Shown: positions 14,725 to 24,698 of the stretch, piece after piece | Numbering within the stretch: position 1 is the first letter of the stretch | Layout: every line of letters starts with the position of its first letter | Origin: Bdellovibrionales bacterium | Lineage (GTDB): Bacteria; Bdellovibrionota; Bdellovibrionia; Bdellovibrionales; CAYMLA01 | Reading direction: 5' to 3' | Assembly: GCA_965217115.1 (NCBI GenBank) | Contig: OZ244239.1 | Span: 832,001 to 896,000 of the forward strand | Length of the DNA: 64,000 nucleotides | Position numbers and translations under genes: made by a program | Notes under the pieces: generated by a model | What the model was told of the DNA's origin: nothing | Database searches by the model: none | The model's input: only the letters and a program-made list of their open reading frames with translations

Positions 14725-15264
14725 CTAGGCGGAAGCAGATGATACGAATGTACAAAGACGGTCCAGCCACTTCTTTTCCTGATCAATGTCAAAGCCCGCC
14801 GTCTCCGCACCACGTAAAACAGCAACGAAAACTCTTTTCAAAGTATCCACCTCATCCCCGCTATCATCTCCCTCCAGAGATTCTTCAATAGCCTCAAAAA
14901 CACTTAAAACATCAGGAGTTGTTACCACCTTAGGCAGGCGATCCATATCCACACCACAATCTTGATTCGGCTTAAAACCCACCAACACATCCGTTAACAA
15001 AATTTTCCTATCTTCTTTGAAGTTCACCTGTAAGAAAGAGTTTCCCTCTCCATCTGTTCTCTCCAAAATTTCATCAATATCTTCAAGTTTAAATAAAATT
15101 GATTTTCGGTCTATTTTCTGCTCTATCCTTATCGAACTCTCAAAAGCCCCCTTAATAACCAGACCCTTTGAACTCTCAACAAAATCCAACACCTGCTTGA
15201 GCATTTTCCCTGACTCTCTCTGGCCTGCTGAATTATTCAAATATGACCTCCCCTCAAAAAACAT
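14725..15264 (-). CDS. hypothetical protein
   Basis: 179 aa ORF with protein-like composition; start uncertain. Confidence 0.7.
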   Translation of the reverse strand: MFFEGRSYLNNSAGQRESGKMLKQVLDFVESSKGLVIKGAFESSIRIEQKIDRKSILFKLEDIDEILERTDGEGNSFLQVNFKEDRKILLTDVLVGFKPNQDCGVDMDRLPKVVTTPDVLSVFEAIEESLEGDDSGDEVDTLKRVFVAVLRGAETAGFDIDQEKKWLDRLCTFVSSASA

Positions 15265-15502
15265 CTACAAAGTACACATCGTCCAACACAACCACGCACT
15301 TAACAGAATTTAAGATGAAAGCCTAAAACTAGCGTTTCGACCATTTATTAAGAAATAAGGTTAAGTCACAGAAGAAATAGCCGCCTAGCAGCAGATCATT
15401 AAGAATGTCCCAACTTGAGATTATCTCCAATTCATTATATGGTCACAAAATCATAATAGCCTGGCCTAAGAAAGGGTCGCCAAAAGTAAGAGGTTAAAGC
15501 CC

Positions 15503-15823
15503 ATGTTAATAACAAGATGGCAAGCTCCACAGCTTCCCACAGTGACACAAATCAAAATAATCTTCAAAACAGAAGACCTCGAAGCCCAGCAAGAAGAGTA
15601 TCTCCCAGGAGAAGAGGTTCGTGAGCATCGCCACTCCTTTGATGAAGTCCGCATGGTCGTCGCAGGATCACTAGCCATAAACGTCTCCGGAAACCAACTT
15701 ATTCTACACGCTGGAGATAAAATAGAAATTCCCTCCAATACCAAGCACTCTACAAAAAACAATGATCCTGAAAAGAGCTGCACTTGTATCTATGCCAGAC
15801 GCCCATTTAAAATACACACTTAG
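15503..15823 (+). CDS. cupin domain protein
   Basis: EHRHSFDEVRMVVAG...L.AGDKIEIPSNTKHS cupin motifs. Confidence 0.85.
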   Translation: MLITRWQAPQLPTVTQIKIIFKTEDLEAQQEEYLPGEEVREHRHSFDEVRMVVAGSLAINVSGNQLILHAGDKIEIPSNTKHSTKNNDPEKSCTCIYARRPFKIHT

Positions 15824-15952
15824 ACCACCAGCTAAACTACAGCTAAACCACACAAAAAATCTAAAACCCCTGGATTAATGGACCTGCAAAGACTATCATT
15901 GTAAGTATAATAACGCAGCACTTGATAACTCTACCCAGATAAAGGTTCGACC

Positions 15953-16591
15953 ATGAGAAACACCCCAACACAGACAGTCTCCCACACGGTTCAAATCAAG
16001 AAAATAGCCAATTCCTTCAACCCGTTTATTTTATCCCTACTCTGTCTCAGCTTTTTAGGTTGCTCGACAGAACTCGACCCTGATGTCAGTGCTGTCAATC
16101 TCCAACTTTCCCCTAGGACGATTATTGTTTCTGAAGCGGATACAAGACAAAAAGACGGTGTCGATGAAAATGGAAACATCATATGGAAAGACCTTAAAGG
16201 TCCATGGTTTCAATTTCGTTTTAGAGTGATTAATGACTCTCAAAAACAGCTCATCATAACAAATATGATCGTCAGAGCAAGTACCTTCAAAAATGGTCAG
16301 AAGACGGAAGGTTCTCTTTCCATTGATGCCACAGCCATTGATGAATCAAAAATCGGCTTTGATTATGATGGTGATGGTGAAACAGCTGGCGATGTTCTCA
16401 ATTTTCTCTTTAATCTCCCCCGTAAAGACACAAAGACTTTTCCCCTTAGCTTCTTCTTTGATAGTCTCCCAGAATCTGATGACCTCTCTTATAATCTGAC
16501 AATCACCGCACGGGGGCACTTTGGAACAGAGACAAGCCCCGAAAAAGCTTTTCGCAAGGAATTTCTCTTTAGTGCCTCATCTGGGCTGTAG
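15953..16591 (+). CDS. hypothetical lipoprotein
   Basis: Lipobox FLGC after a hydrophobic stretch. Confidence 0.65.
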   Translation: MRNTPTQTVSHTVQIKKIANSFNPFILSLLCLSFLGCSTELDPDVSAVNLQLSPRTIIVSEADTRQKDGVDENGNIIWKDLKGPWFQFRFRVINDSQKQLIITNMIVRASTFKNGQKTEGSLSIDATAIDESKIGFDYDGDGETAGDVLNFLFNLPRKDTKTFPLSFFFDSLPESDDLSYNLTITARGHFGTETSPEKAFRKEFLFSASSGL

Positions 16592-16629
16592 GTTTTTCAT
16601 AATCATAAAAGAGTCTTCTTTAAAAATGA

Positions 16630-18945
16630 TCACAATTCCTCGATATCGCCTTTGTCACTCCCAGACAAAAGTTCCCGTGGAGCTGTAGAGAGGTCTTTTT
16701 CATTCACGATTCTCGGAGTTAGAAATAATAGCAGCTCCGTCTTTTCCTTTCTTTTTGAATTAGCTCTAAACAATCTCCCTAAAAAGGGGATGTCCTTCAA
16801 GATGGGAACTCCCGTCTCTCCCACAATTGTATCATTCTGGTAAATTCCAGCGAAAACAGCCGTCTGACCATTGCGAACCATGACATTTGCCTTGGCATTA
16901 CGACTATTAATGGGAGTCGCCGTACTGGTTCCTGCAGTTATTGTCGCTCCTGGAAACTCCCTCGTTAAATCGACGCTCAATAAAATAGAATTATCCGCTG
17001 TAATATGGGGTTCCACATCCAAGCTCAACTGCGCAGAGGAGAATGCAATACTAGAGGAGACCGTGCCATCCTGACTTTTTGTTGAACTAATATTTGGCAC
17101 TTGAGCCGTTTGTTTAATGCTCGCCTTTTTGTTATTTAAAGTTAAGACACTCGGAGAAGACAAAACCCGAATATTATCATTTTGTTCATTCAACGCTAGA
17201 GCTGCATTTATATTCCCAAATAAATCATACTTTCCCACGCTCAAACCAAGAGATAAAGCTCCTCCCCCGGCCTGACCTTTAAGAACATCTAAGCTAGGTT
17301 GCATATTAATGGGTGAGCCCGATGAACTCGATGTACCAATTTGACCTATACCACCGCCAAAACCCCAGCTAACCCCTATGGATTTAATAAACGTCTCTCT
17401 AGCTTCAATGATTTTACCTTCAATCAAGACTTGCTGGGGAGGAGTGTCCAATGCCTTAACCAAAATCTTGATTTTTTTATTTAAATCCTCCGTTGCTGTC
17501 ACAATCAAAGAACTCGTGCGTTCATCACTGATCACGCTTCCTCTCTCTCCGTTTTTCATTTTACTTTTAAAGAGATCACCTATCTTCTTAGACAAATTCT
17601 CCACTTCAGCATAGCTCACAGGAATCACACTCACCTTGAGGGGAGCCAGTTTTCTCTGACTCTCTAGAAGGTCCTGCGCACTTTTGATCTCTTTTCTCAA
17701 AGCTGCCGCTTTTGCAATACGCAGTATATTTCCCGAACGGACATAGGCTAGTCCTTTTGTTTTCATCACCATCACCAAGGCTTGATCCCAGGGGATATCA
17801 CGCAATTTAATACTGATTTTTCCACTCACATCATCTGAAATAACAAGGTTAATACCACTCTCCTCAGCAATAATCCCAATGACTTCACGTATGTCCATCT
17901 CCTTTGACTGTAAAGAAATCTTCTTGCCATAAAACTTCGTGTTACTAGCTAAAAATTGATCTAAATTTGACGCAGGTAAAATTTTATTTTGTGAAAAAGA
18001 ATCCTCTCCCCCTTTACTATCTGCAACATCATTTCCCAGGGCAGACGCCTCTTCTGAAGAAGAAATAGACGACGGCACCTCTGCCGTAGGCTGGGAGATA
18101 ATAAATAAAGAATTCCCCTCCTGAACCACCTGAGGTATAGAAGCCCCTTCAATTAATTGAATAACGATTCTTGCCGTATCAGAACCCTTTTTCTGATATG
18201 CCTGAATAGCACCAATACTCCCCCCAAACTGACTCGTGTTGAAAGGTCTTTTCAAACGGCGAGGAAGCCTCGTGCCCGCCACCTCAATAACCAGTTGGTT
18301 TGTCTCTTCATTCACCCTTGTTTGATAGGCTGCCATTTCTAAAGTTTCGATCACAACAGCACCTTCACCCATTTGTGATTTATACTCGATATTCTTAACA
18401 GAATTATTAACCGCAGAGACCACAGTCTCTGGCTCTGTCTCAAAAACCTCGGCCTCTGGCTCTGTCTCAAAAACCTCTGGCTCTGCTTCAGAAATCTCGG
18501 CCTCTGGCTGCTCTGCTTCAGAAATCTCGGCCTCTGGCACTTCCTGAACGATTTTTTGCGAAGAAACTTCATCCTGTTGAACGACACTCTCTGGAGTTGC
18601 TTCAAAAGATTCAGGCTCTTCTTCAAGGTTTTTCTCTTGTGCTATTTCTTCTGGTTCAGTCTTAGAAAATTCCTCTTCAAAATCACTTTGCTCTTCAGCA
18701 TCTTCACTTTGACTCGCTTCAACTTTTTCACCCGATAATTCAGCAATTTCATTTTCTACGTCCTCCTCTACATCATCCCTATTAGAGAGTTCTTCCTCAT
18801 TTTCTTCAAACCCCTCGTCAAAACTACCTTCTTTTTCAAGAGTTTCCTCTGTATCGCCAACAAAGTTTTCCTCGGGAAGAGAAGAGCAAGACACTAACCC
18901 AGCAACTAAAAAAATAAAAAAACAACCTCTTAACAATTCGCCCAT
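16630..18945 (-). CDS. pilQ: type IV pilus secretin PilQ
   Basis: GKKISL, IPWDQAL, LDTPPQQVLIEGKIIEA, GVPILKDIPFLGRLF and ELLLFLTPRI motifs; AMIN-like domain; last gene of pilMNOPQ. Confidence 0.95.
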   Translation of the reverse strand: MGELLRGCFFIFLVAGLVSCSSLPEENFVGDTEETLEKEGSFDEGFEENEEELSNRDDVEEDVENEIAELSGEKVEASQSEDAEEQSDFEEEFSKTEPEEIAQEKNLEEEPESFEATPESVVQQDEVSSQKIVQEVPEAEISEAEQPEAEISEAEPEVFETEPEAEVFETEPETVVSAVNNSVKNIEYKSQMGEGAVVIETLEMAAYQTRVNEETNQLVIEVAGTRLPRRLKRPFNTSQFGGSIGAIQAYQKKGSDTARIVIQLIEGASIPQVVQEGNSLFIISQPTAEVPSSISSSEEASALGNDVADSKGGEDSFSQNKILPASNLDQFLASNTKFYGKKISLQSKEMDIREVIGIIAEESGINLVISDDVSGKISIKLRDIPWDQALVMVMKTKGLAYVRSGNILRIAKAAALRKEIKSAQDLLESQRKLAPLKVSVIPVSYAEVENLSKKIGDLFKSKMKNGERGSVISDERTSSLIVTATEDLNKKIKILVKALDTPPQQVLIEGKIIEARETFIKSIGVSWGFGGGIGQIGTSSSSGSPINMQPSLDVLKGQAGGGALSLGLSVGKYDLFGNINAALALNEQNDNIRVLSSPSVLTLNNKKASIKQTAQVPNISSTKSQDGTVSSSIAFSSAQLSLDVEPHITADNSILLSVDLTREFPGATITAGTSTATPINSRNAKANVMVRNGQTAVFAGIYQNDTIVGETGVPILKDIPFLGRLFRANSKRKEKTELLLFLTPRIVNEKDLSTAPRELLSGSDKGDIEEL
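18426..18540 (-). repeat. intragenic tandem repeats in the acidic PilQ N-terminus
   Basis: ctctgcttcagaaatctcggcctctggc x2 and ctctggctctgtctcaaaaacctc x2, encoding PEAEISEAE / PE(AE)VFETE. Confidence 0.85.
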
Positions 18946-18969
18946 ATGATCCCCCTACTCTCTTTCTAT

Positions 18970-19620
18970 TTATCTATCCAAAAACAAAGTTTTCGTATTA
19001 TAAGATGTTTTTCCATCCTCATCTACAAGTTTTTCCACAACAACCATTTCTCCCTCTCTTACAAATGCGACATAACCGTTGTTGTTACCAACTTTACTAT
19101 TTTTTTTAACAGTATGAGTTTTACCTTTAGGATCCAAAAGCATCACCTTTGGCTTTTTTACATTCCAAATCATTCCCACTATTTTTAATTCATTTAAGCT
19201 AAATTTTTGTAATTCTTCTAATTCTAGTGTTCTTACCTCTTCTCCCGCTGTCGTTTCAATCTCCACCTCTCCCGCAAAAAAAGGCTTAAACGGGTCTCGT
19301 AATCCCGATGGGTCATAACTAAACTCCCCCTCCTGCTCAAATTCAAGATTGTTATCTTGAACAGCACTTAAAGAGTTTTTCCGTGAAGGCTCTAACTTTG
19401 ACTGTTCCTTTGGTTTAGACTTTGGTGTTTTCTCTAAAATCTGTGATTTTATCTCAGGTTTTCCAGCATTGTTTTTCACATCTCTGACTTGTTGAGTTGG
19501 TACAAACTCCTGAGATTGAGCTGGTTTCATAAACGCAGATGTTAAATAAGAGGCTGCCAATACTCCTACGCTACCGACGAGGACATAAGACAAGTAGAGC
19601 CATAAACGATGTAATATCAT
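18970..19620 (-). CDS. pilP: type IV pilus assembly protein PilP
   Basis: YDPSGLRDPFKP, LQKFSLNELKIVG, G.NNG; operon position. Confidence 0.88.
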   Translation of the reverse strand: MILHRLWLYLSYVLVGSVGVLAASYLTSAFMKPAQSQEFVPTQQVRDVKNNAGKPEIKSQILEKTPKSKPKEQSKLEPSRKNSLSAVQDNNLEFEQEGEFSYDPSGLRDPFKPFFAGEVEIETTAGEEVRTLELEELQKFSLNELKIVGMIWNVKKPKVMLLDPKGKTHTVKKNSKVGNNNGYVAFVREGEMVVVEKLVDEDGKTSYNTKTLFLDR

Positions 19621-20228
19621 TTTTTCTCCTCTCCCGGTTCCACCTTCTGCTCTTTCAATTCCATGTAACGATAAGCTGTTAAAGAGCCTTTAAGAGTTAA
19701 CTTCAAACCCTGACCCTTTCTTTTTAATAAATTCATTTCAATATTACCCGCTCTTATAATACGAGGAAACTTAGAGATATACGTTAAAAAAAACAGCAAA
19801 TTTCTAAACTTTCCTTCCAATGTAATTCTAATCTTCAACTCTTCATAAAGTTTTTTAGCCTCCTTAGAGGCAGGGGTCAAAGCAATCAATTTAACTCCAG
19901 CCGCCTTAGCTATCATATCTACTGACTTTAAAATCTTTGACTGATTCAAATCATAGGGAAGTTTCTTCAAAGAGAGTTCAAACTCTTCACCCAATTTAAC
20001 GATTTCCTCACGTAGAACTCTTTGAACCTCCTTTAATTTTTTTATTTTATTACCAACAGCATTTTCTTTGACCATTGCATCTTTGACTTGAGCCGTTCGC
20101 CGTTCCAAGGCGTCCCCATCATCATATAATGTTCCCCAATAAACTCCTGCCAAAAACAAACCCACAAGAAACACCTTACCTAAAGACATCTGAACTAAAT
20201 CATCAATGAGCTCTTCAATGTCATTCAC
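19617..20228 (-). CDS. pilO: type IV pilus assembly protein PilO
   Basis: TM plus coiled coil, LP, LYEEL.I.I.LEG.F, PRII; operon position. Confidence 0.88.
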   Translation of the reverse strand: MNDIEELIDDLVQMSLGKVFLVGLFLAGVYWGTLYDDGDALERRTAQVKDAMVKENAVGNKIKKLKEVQRVLREEIVKLGEEFELSLKKLPYDLNQSKILKSVDMIAKAAGVKLIALTPASKEAKKLYEELKIRITLEGKFRNLLFFLTYISKFPRIIRAGNIEMNLLKRKGQGLKLTLKGSLTAYRYMELKEQKVEPGEEKK

Positions 20229-20845
20229 TCAAAATCCCCCATAAGAAAAGAAATTTCAAAACTTTTAATCTTACCTCTCTTTATTTTTTTCTCCATAGAT
20301 TTTCTCAATTTCACATCTTCAAAATAAATACTCTGCTCTAAATCATTAATCAATTGATTCACATAGCTATCGCTAACTGCATATCCCGATAATGTCACAG
20401 CTGATTCCTTGATCAATAACTTAGTTAGCCAAACCTTATTAGAAAGAATCCTCTGTAAAGCGTCCATCGTTTTAACTTCTCTCAAGCGCCATTTAGACAA
20501 ACTACTAATAACGTCAATCTGATTTTGCAGATGGTTCTTTTCTTTCTCAAAGCTCTCTAATTCAGAGATCAATGTCTGCTCTCTTACACTTCTTTTCTTT
20601 AACTTTTTTAGCTCCTGTTGATTCTTTAACAATACTTTCTCTTTTTTAGAAATATTATTGTACTCATACACAGAAAGCATTCCTGGGAAAAACAATAGCA
20701 ATAAAAATTTACCTACAGCCTTTTTCTTATCCTCAGTATCAATTGAAGGAATTTCAGCAGCAGATCCTTCATCCAAAAATTCTTCTTTCAGAGCCGTCCC
20801 TGAAGCCTTGGCTCGAACCCCTTCTAAAAGATCAATCCGAATCAT
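20225..20845 (-). CDS. pilN: type IV pilus assembly protein PilN
   Basis: MIRIDLL (INLL-like) N-terminus, VWLTKL, LSGYA, LEQSIYF. Confidence 0.88.
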   Translation of the reverse strand: MIRIDLLEGVRAKASGTALKEEFLDEGSAAEIPSIDTEDKKKAVGKFLLLLFFPGMLSVYEYNNISKKEKVLLKNQQELKKLKKRSVREQTLISELESFEKEKNHLQNQIDVISSLSKWRLREVKTMDALQRILSNKVWLTKLLIKESAVTLSGYAVSDSYVNQLINDLEQSIYFEDVKLRKSMEKKIKRGKIKSFEISFLMGDFE

Positions 20846-21894
20846 AAATCACCTGCACTACGCAAGGCCAATCCTATAGACACACTTGCAAACGGCTCGA
20901 TTTGATCCAAATAGGCTTTACTTAAACTTTTACCACCTTTTATGAGCCCTTTCAGGGGAGAAAAAGCCTCTCCCTCAACCCCTGTCATTAATATAATTTG
21001 ATCGGTCAATCCAGGAGTTAAAGACCCCCCGCCTGTGAAATACAGTCTTGAAATCTTCTCTCCAACTTCTGTCGCATGGAAAAATTCAAAACTACTTTGA
21101 ATTTCCTCTGCTATCATTTCATTAGTTGCGCTAATAACAGGATGAATTTCATCAGGAACAGCTTCCCCAGAAGATATACTTAATTTGAGTGATTCCGCTT
21201 CCTCCATACTCAGGCCCATGTCTTTATGGATTTCAGAAGTATAATTTTCTCCACCCACAGCTATATCTCGACAAAAAATAACATCACCATCTTTTATCAC
21301 CACAAAACTCGTCACACTGGCACCAATATTAATCAACGCCAACGTTTCCGAATTAATACCAAAATTCATTTCAAAACAGTTCGCCAGTGCAAAGCCATTT
21401 AAATCAACAGTTTTGCACTTATATCCCGCTTCGCTCACTACCTCTGCATACTGAAGAACTAAATCTTTCTTAGCCGCGATCAGCAAAACATCCATAGTAT
21501 CTCCACTCTGGTTTTTTTTTTCTAAGATATGGTGAGACAAACTAATATCATTGATATCAAAGGGTATGTATTGTTCGGCCTCCCAACGAATTTGTTCAGC
21601 AATTAATTTTCCATCCATCTGGGGAATACTGATTTTTTTTACTATCACGGCTGTACCCCACATACCCGTGGCGACATTCTTAGATCTGACTTTAGCTTCG
21701 CTAAAAAGAGATTTTATAACTTGAGAAATTCCAGTTAAATTAAGGATTTCCCCTCCTGAAATACTAGAAGGGGGCATCGACATCATAGAAAAACGAGTCA
21801 ACGTCGTGCCTTTACGAGTTATTTTCACTTGAGCGAGTTTCAAAGAACTCGTTCCTATATCCAAGCCTATAAGCTGTTTAGAAGCAAAAAACAT
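20842..21894 (-). CDS. pilM: type IV pilus assembly protein PilM
   Basis: IGLDIGTSSLK, WEAEQYIPF, LINIGAS and TGGGS actin-like motifs. Confidence 0.95.
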   Translation of the reverse strand: MFFASKQLIGLDIGTSSLKLAQVKITRKGTTLTRFSMMSMPPSSISGGEILNLTGISQVIKSLFSEAKVRSKNVATGMWGTAVIVKKISIPQMDGKLIAEQIRWEAEQYIPFDINDISLSHHILEKKNQSGDTMDVLLIAAKKDLVLQYAEVVSEAGYKCKTVDLNGFALANCFEMNFGINSETLALINIGASVTSFVVIKDGDVIFCRDIAVGGENYTSEIHKDMGLSMEEAESLKLSISSGEAVPDEIHPVISATNEMIAEEIQSSFEFFHATEVGEKISRLYFTGGGSLTPGLTDQIILMTGVEGEAFSPLKGLIKGGKSLSKAYLDQIEPFASVSIGLALRSAGDL

Positions 21895-22043
21895 GGCCAT
21901 CCTGTTCAATCACGCTGTCGTAAAAAATCTGCCCTCAAAAGCAAGGACACTCCGTCCCATTATAGCTTCTACCATAGTCTTGTTGTCAAACCAAAGGCTA
22001 GGAACCCATGAAAGAGATGGGGATCGATATCTACGGAAAGGGA

Positions 22044-22829
22044 CTAAAGTCCAGGAATAAAAAAACCCACATAAATGTTTCCCCAGTATTTTCCACCAAG
22101 CAAGTACAGCAAAGCTGCTAATGCTAAGTAAGGCCCAAAAGGAATGGCTTTTTTCAAGCCCTCAGAGCTTCTCAAAGACCACAGCAACCCAACGACACTG
22201 CCTATTACACTGGAAACTAAAATAACAAAGGGAATCGCTTTCCAGCCAAGAATAGCCCCAATCCAAGCCAGAAGCTTAATATCTCCTCCTCCCATTCCCT
22301 CCTGCTTACGCAAAAGCCAATACACATAGGCTATAGCCCATAGGAAACCACCACCCAACAGAACACCCCAAACAGCATCAAAAAAGACTCGTTCAGGATT
22401 TAAAAAAGCCCCCACCAATCCAATAACAATTCCACTCAAAGTTAGCTTATCAGGTAAAATCATCTGATCTAAATCAATTGTACTCGCCACGACCAAAGCA
22501 AAAGCAAAATAATAATATTCAAGTAAAATCCAGCTCAGGCCAACCCTTTCATAAATTAGCCAAAACAACAACGCCGTCACTAGCTCCACCAGCGGATACC
22601 GCCAGGAAATCCTCACCTGACATGAACGGCACTTTCCCCTCAAAAGAAGCCAAGAAAAGACAGGGATATTATCAAACCAAGAAATCATTTTTTGACATTT
22701 ATAACAATAGCTACGAGGGCGAATAAAGCTCATCCCTTTAGGCAAGCGCAAAATAACAACGTTCGCAAAACTACCCATCAAAGCACCCAAGATTACAACG
22801 TAAAAACTCCACACATCTTGAACACCCAT
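22044..22829 (-). CDS. pilD: prepilin peptidase
   Basis: GSFANVVI.RLP, RSYCYKC, GKCRSC, GMGGGDIKL, IPFGPYL. Confidence 0.96.
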   Translation of the reverse strand: MGVQDVWSFYVVILGALMGSFANVVILRLPKGMSFIRPRSYCYKCQKMISWFDNIPVFSWLLLRGKCRSCQVRISWRYPLVELVTALLFWLIYERVGLSWILLEYYYFAFALVVASTIDLDQMILPDKLTLSGIVIGLVGAFLNPERVFFDAVWGVLLGGGFLWAIAYVYWLLRKQEGMGGGDIKLLAWIGAILGWKAIPFVILVSSVIGSVVGLLWSLRSSEGLKKAIPFGPYLALAALLYLLGGKYWGNIYVGFFIPGL

Positions 22830-22911
22830 TTTTTCTCCATTGGAAAAGACAATTTAAACAATAATAAGCCTCCTAAACGTTATCTTAAAATTTTTTCAGG
22901 AGTTTAGATCG

Positions 22912-23679
22912 TTAAATAATATCTTTCTTTTTCATCATAAAATTCAATAGACTTAATAAAATAATAGTCCAACCCATACAATGTAAAGCCGCGGGAAAGA
23001 ATAACCCCTCAGGGATTTTTCCTGTGTACAAATACCCCCGCCAATTAAACATTTCCAAGTTTGGTAACAACCAAGAAACTATCTTTGCAAAATTAATAAA
23101 AACAATATTACCGCTCTTCTGAGCGAAAAAAAACAAGCTATCCAACCAATGCCCCAAAAGGAAAACCCCCACACAAACTGCCATAGAGGAAACTCCTTGC
23201 AACGCCATCCCTAAAAATAATGACAATGACAACAAAACACTACTCTCAAAGATTATTCCAGCATAAACCTGAAACCAAACTTTGATATCTGCTTCATTCA
23301 TTTCCCATAAAATTAAATATAAAATAACAAGCCCAAGAAAAGCAAAAATTACGTTTAACAGCAAACATCCTAAAAATTTTCCTAGGAAATAATCTGTCCT
23401 AGACAATGGCTTGCTAAGGAGAGACATCACAGATTTATTCTCAATTTCTTTACGAACAAGAGAAATGCTCAAAAGAACACTTAAAACAACAAGAACTATC
23501 TGAATTGCCGTCAAACCAAAATCTAAAACAACCCTGTAATGATCTCCAAAAGTTAAATTTCCCAAAATTAAGCTCATGAAAAATATCAACACAGCAAAAA
23601 CAATCAAGACCAAAAACACTCGACTACGCACCAGCTCACGAAAAGTATTAAACGCAATAACCCACTGCTGCCTATTCAT
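22912..23679 (-). CDS. ABC transporter permease (PilI-like)
   Basis: IAFNTFRELVR, EIENKS...LLSKPLSR.DYFLGKF; lies between the ABC ATPase and pilD. Confidence 0.85.
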   Translation of the reverse strand: MNRQQWVIAFNTFRELVRSRVFLVLIVFAVLIFFMSLILGNLTFGDHYRVVLDFGLTAIQIVLVVLSVLLSISLVRKEIENKSVMSLLSKPLSRTDYFLGKFLGCLLLNVIFAFLGLVILYLILWEMNEADIKVWFQVYAGIIFESSVLLSLSLFLGMALQGVSSMAVCVGVFLLGHWLDSLFFFAQKSGNIVFINFAKIVSWLLPNLEMFNWRGYLYTGKIPEGLFFPAALHCMGWTIILLSLLNFMMKKKDII

Positions 23680-24539
23680 AGTTGACTCACCGCTTCTTCC
23701 AGGGTGACCCGACAACTCTTAATCTCTAAAATGGAGAGGCCTTCTCCACGTAAACGGTCAATTTCTTCCTGCAAATCTTTTTGCACAACTGATTTCATTA
23801 GCCTCTCTCCGCTTTGGTCACAGTAAAACACTTGAATCATTTGACTCTCTGCGTGAAGTAAGTTTTCCATCATCCCATTATAAACAACTCTTCCCTCTTT
23901 CAGACACACCAGAGAGTCACATAATTCTTCAGCATCATGCAAAAGATGACTTGAAAAAAACACTGTCGTGCCATCACAAGCTATGTCTCGGATCAGTTTT
24001 TTTACAAGGAAACGTCCATCTGGATCAAGTCCAGACATAGGTTCATCTAAAATCAAAAGTTTTGGCCTAATCATCAGAGCCTGACCAATACCAATCCTCT
24101 GTAACATTCCCTTTGAGTAGGCCCTCAATCTTTTACCACCTTCAACTGCCAAGCCCACTTGCTTCAAAACGATTTGCCTACGCTCTTCTAATTCATTTCC
24201 AGACAGCCCCATCAAACGGCCATGGAATCCTAGAAATTCATTTCCCGTCAAAAATTCGTGGAAATACGGTCTCTCAGGTAAAAAACCAATACTCTTTCGC
24301 ACTTCCTTAGAGGAAACATTTTGGGAAAAAAATTCCATCTCTCCATGATCTGGAAAAACGACCTGCAGAAGACACTTCAAAACCGTCGTCTTACCAGCTC
24401 CATTTGCACCGATAAAACCAGCTACACTTCCTGAAGAGACAGTGAAATTTACATCCGTTAAGACTTTTTTGTTTTTAAGAAAAAAACCCACTTTAAAAGA
24501 TTTACTTAAATTCTTTACAGAAATAGCTTCATTAGACAT
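23676..24539 (-). CDS. ABC transporter ATP-binding protein (PilH-like)
   Basis: Walker A GANGAGKTT, YSKGMLQR signature, LILDEPMSGLDP. Confidence 0.9.
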   Translation of the reverse strand: MSNEAISVKNLSKSFKVGFFLKNKKVLTDVNFTVSSGSVAGFIGANGAGKTTVLKCLLQVVFPDHGEMEFFSQNVSSKEVRKSIGFLPERPYFHEFLTGNEFLGFHGRLMGLSGNELEERRQIVLKQVGLAVEGGKRLRAYSKGMLQRIGIGQALMIRPKLLILDEPMSGLDPDGRFLVKKLIRDIACDGTTVFFSSHLLHDAEELCDSLVCLKEGRVVYNGMMENLLHAESQMIQVFYCDQSGERLMKSVVQKDLQEEIDRLRGEGLSILEIKSCRVTLEEAVSQL

Positions 24540-24698
24540 AGCACAACTATGATACACACAAAATTTAGACTTTATCAATAGTCTAAATCCATTTTTCTTC
24601 CATTTTTTCTCCGGCGATTTCACAGGGTTTACTCCATGCAATACCGAACCTTAGCTCCCCAGATACACAAGAGATTCTATTGAGCCCTATCTGCTACT

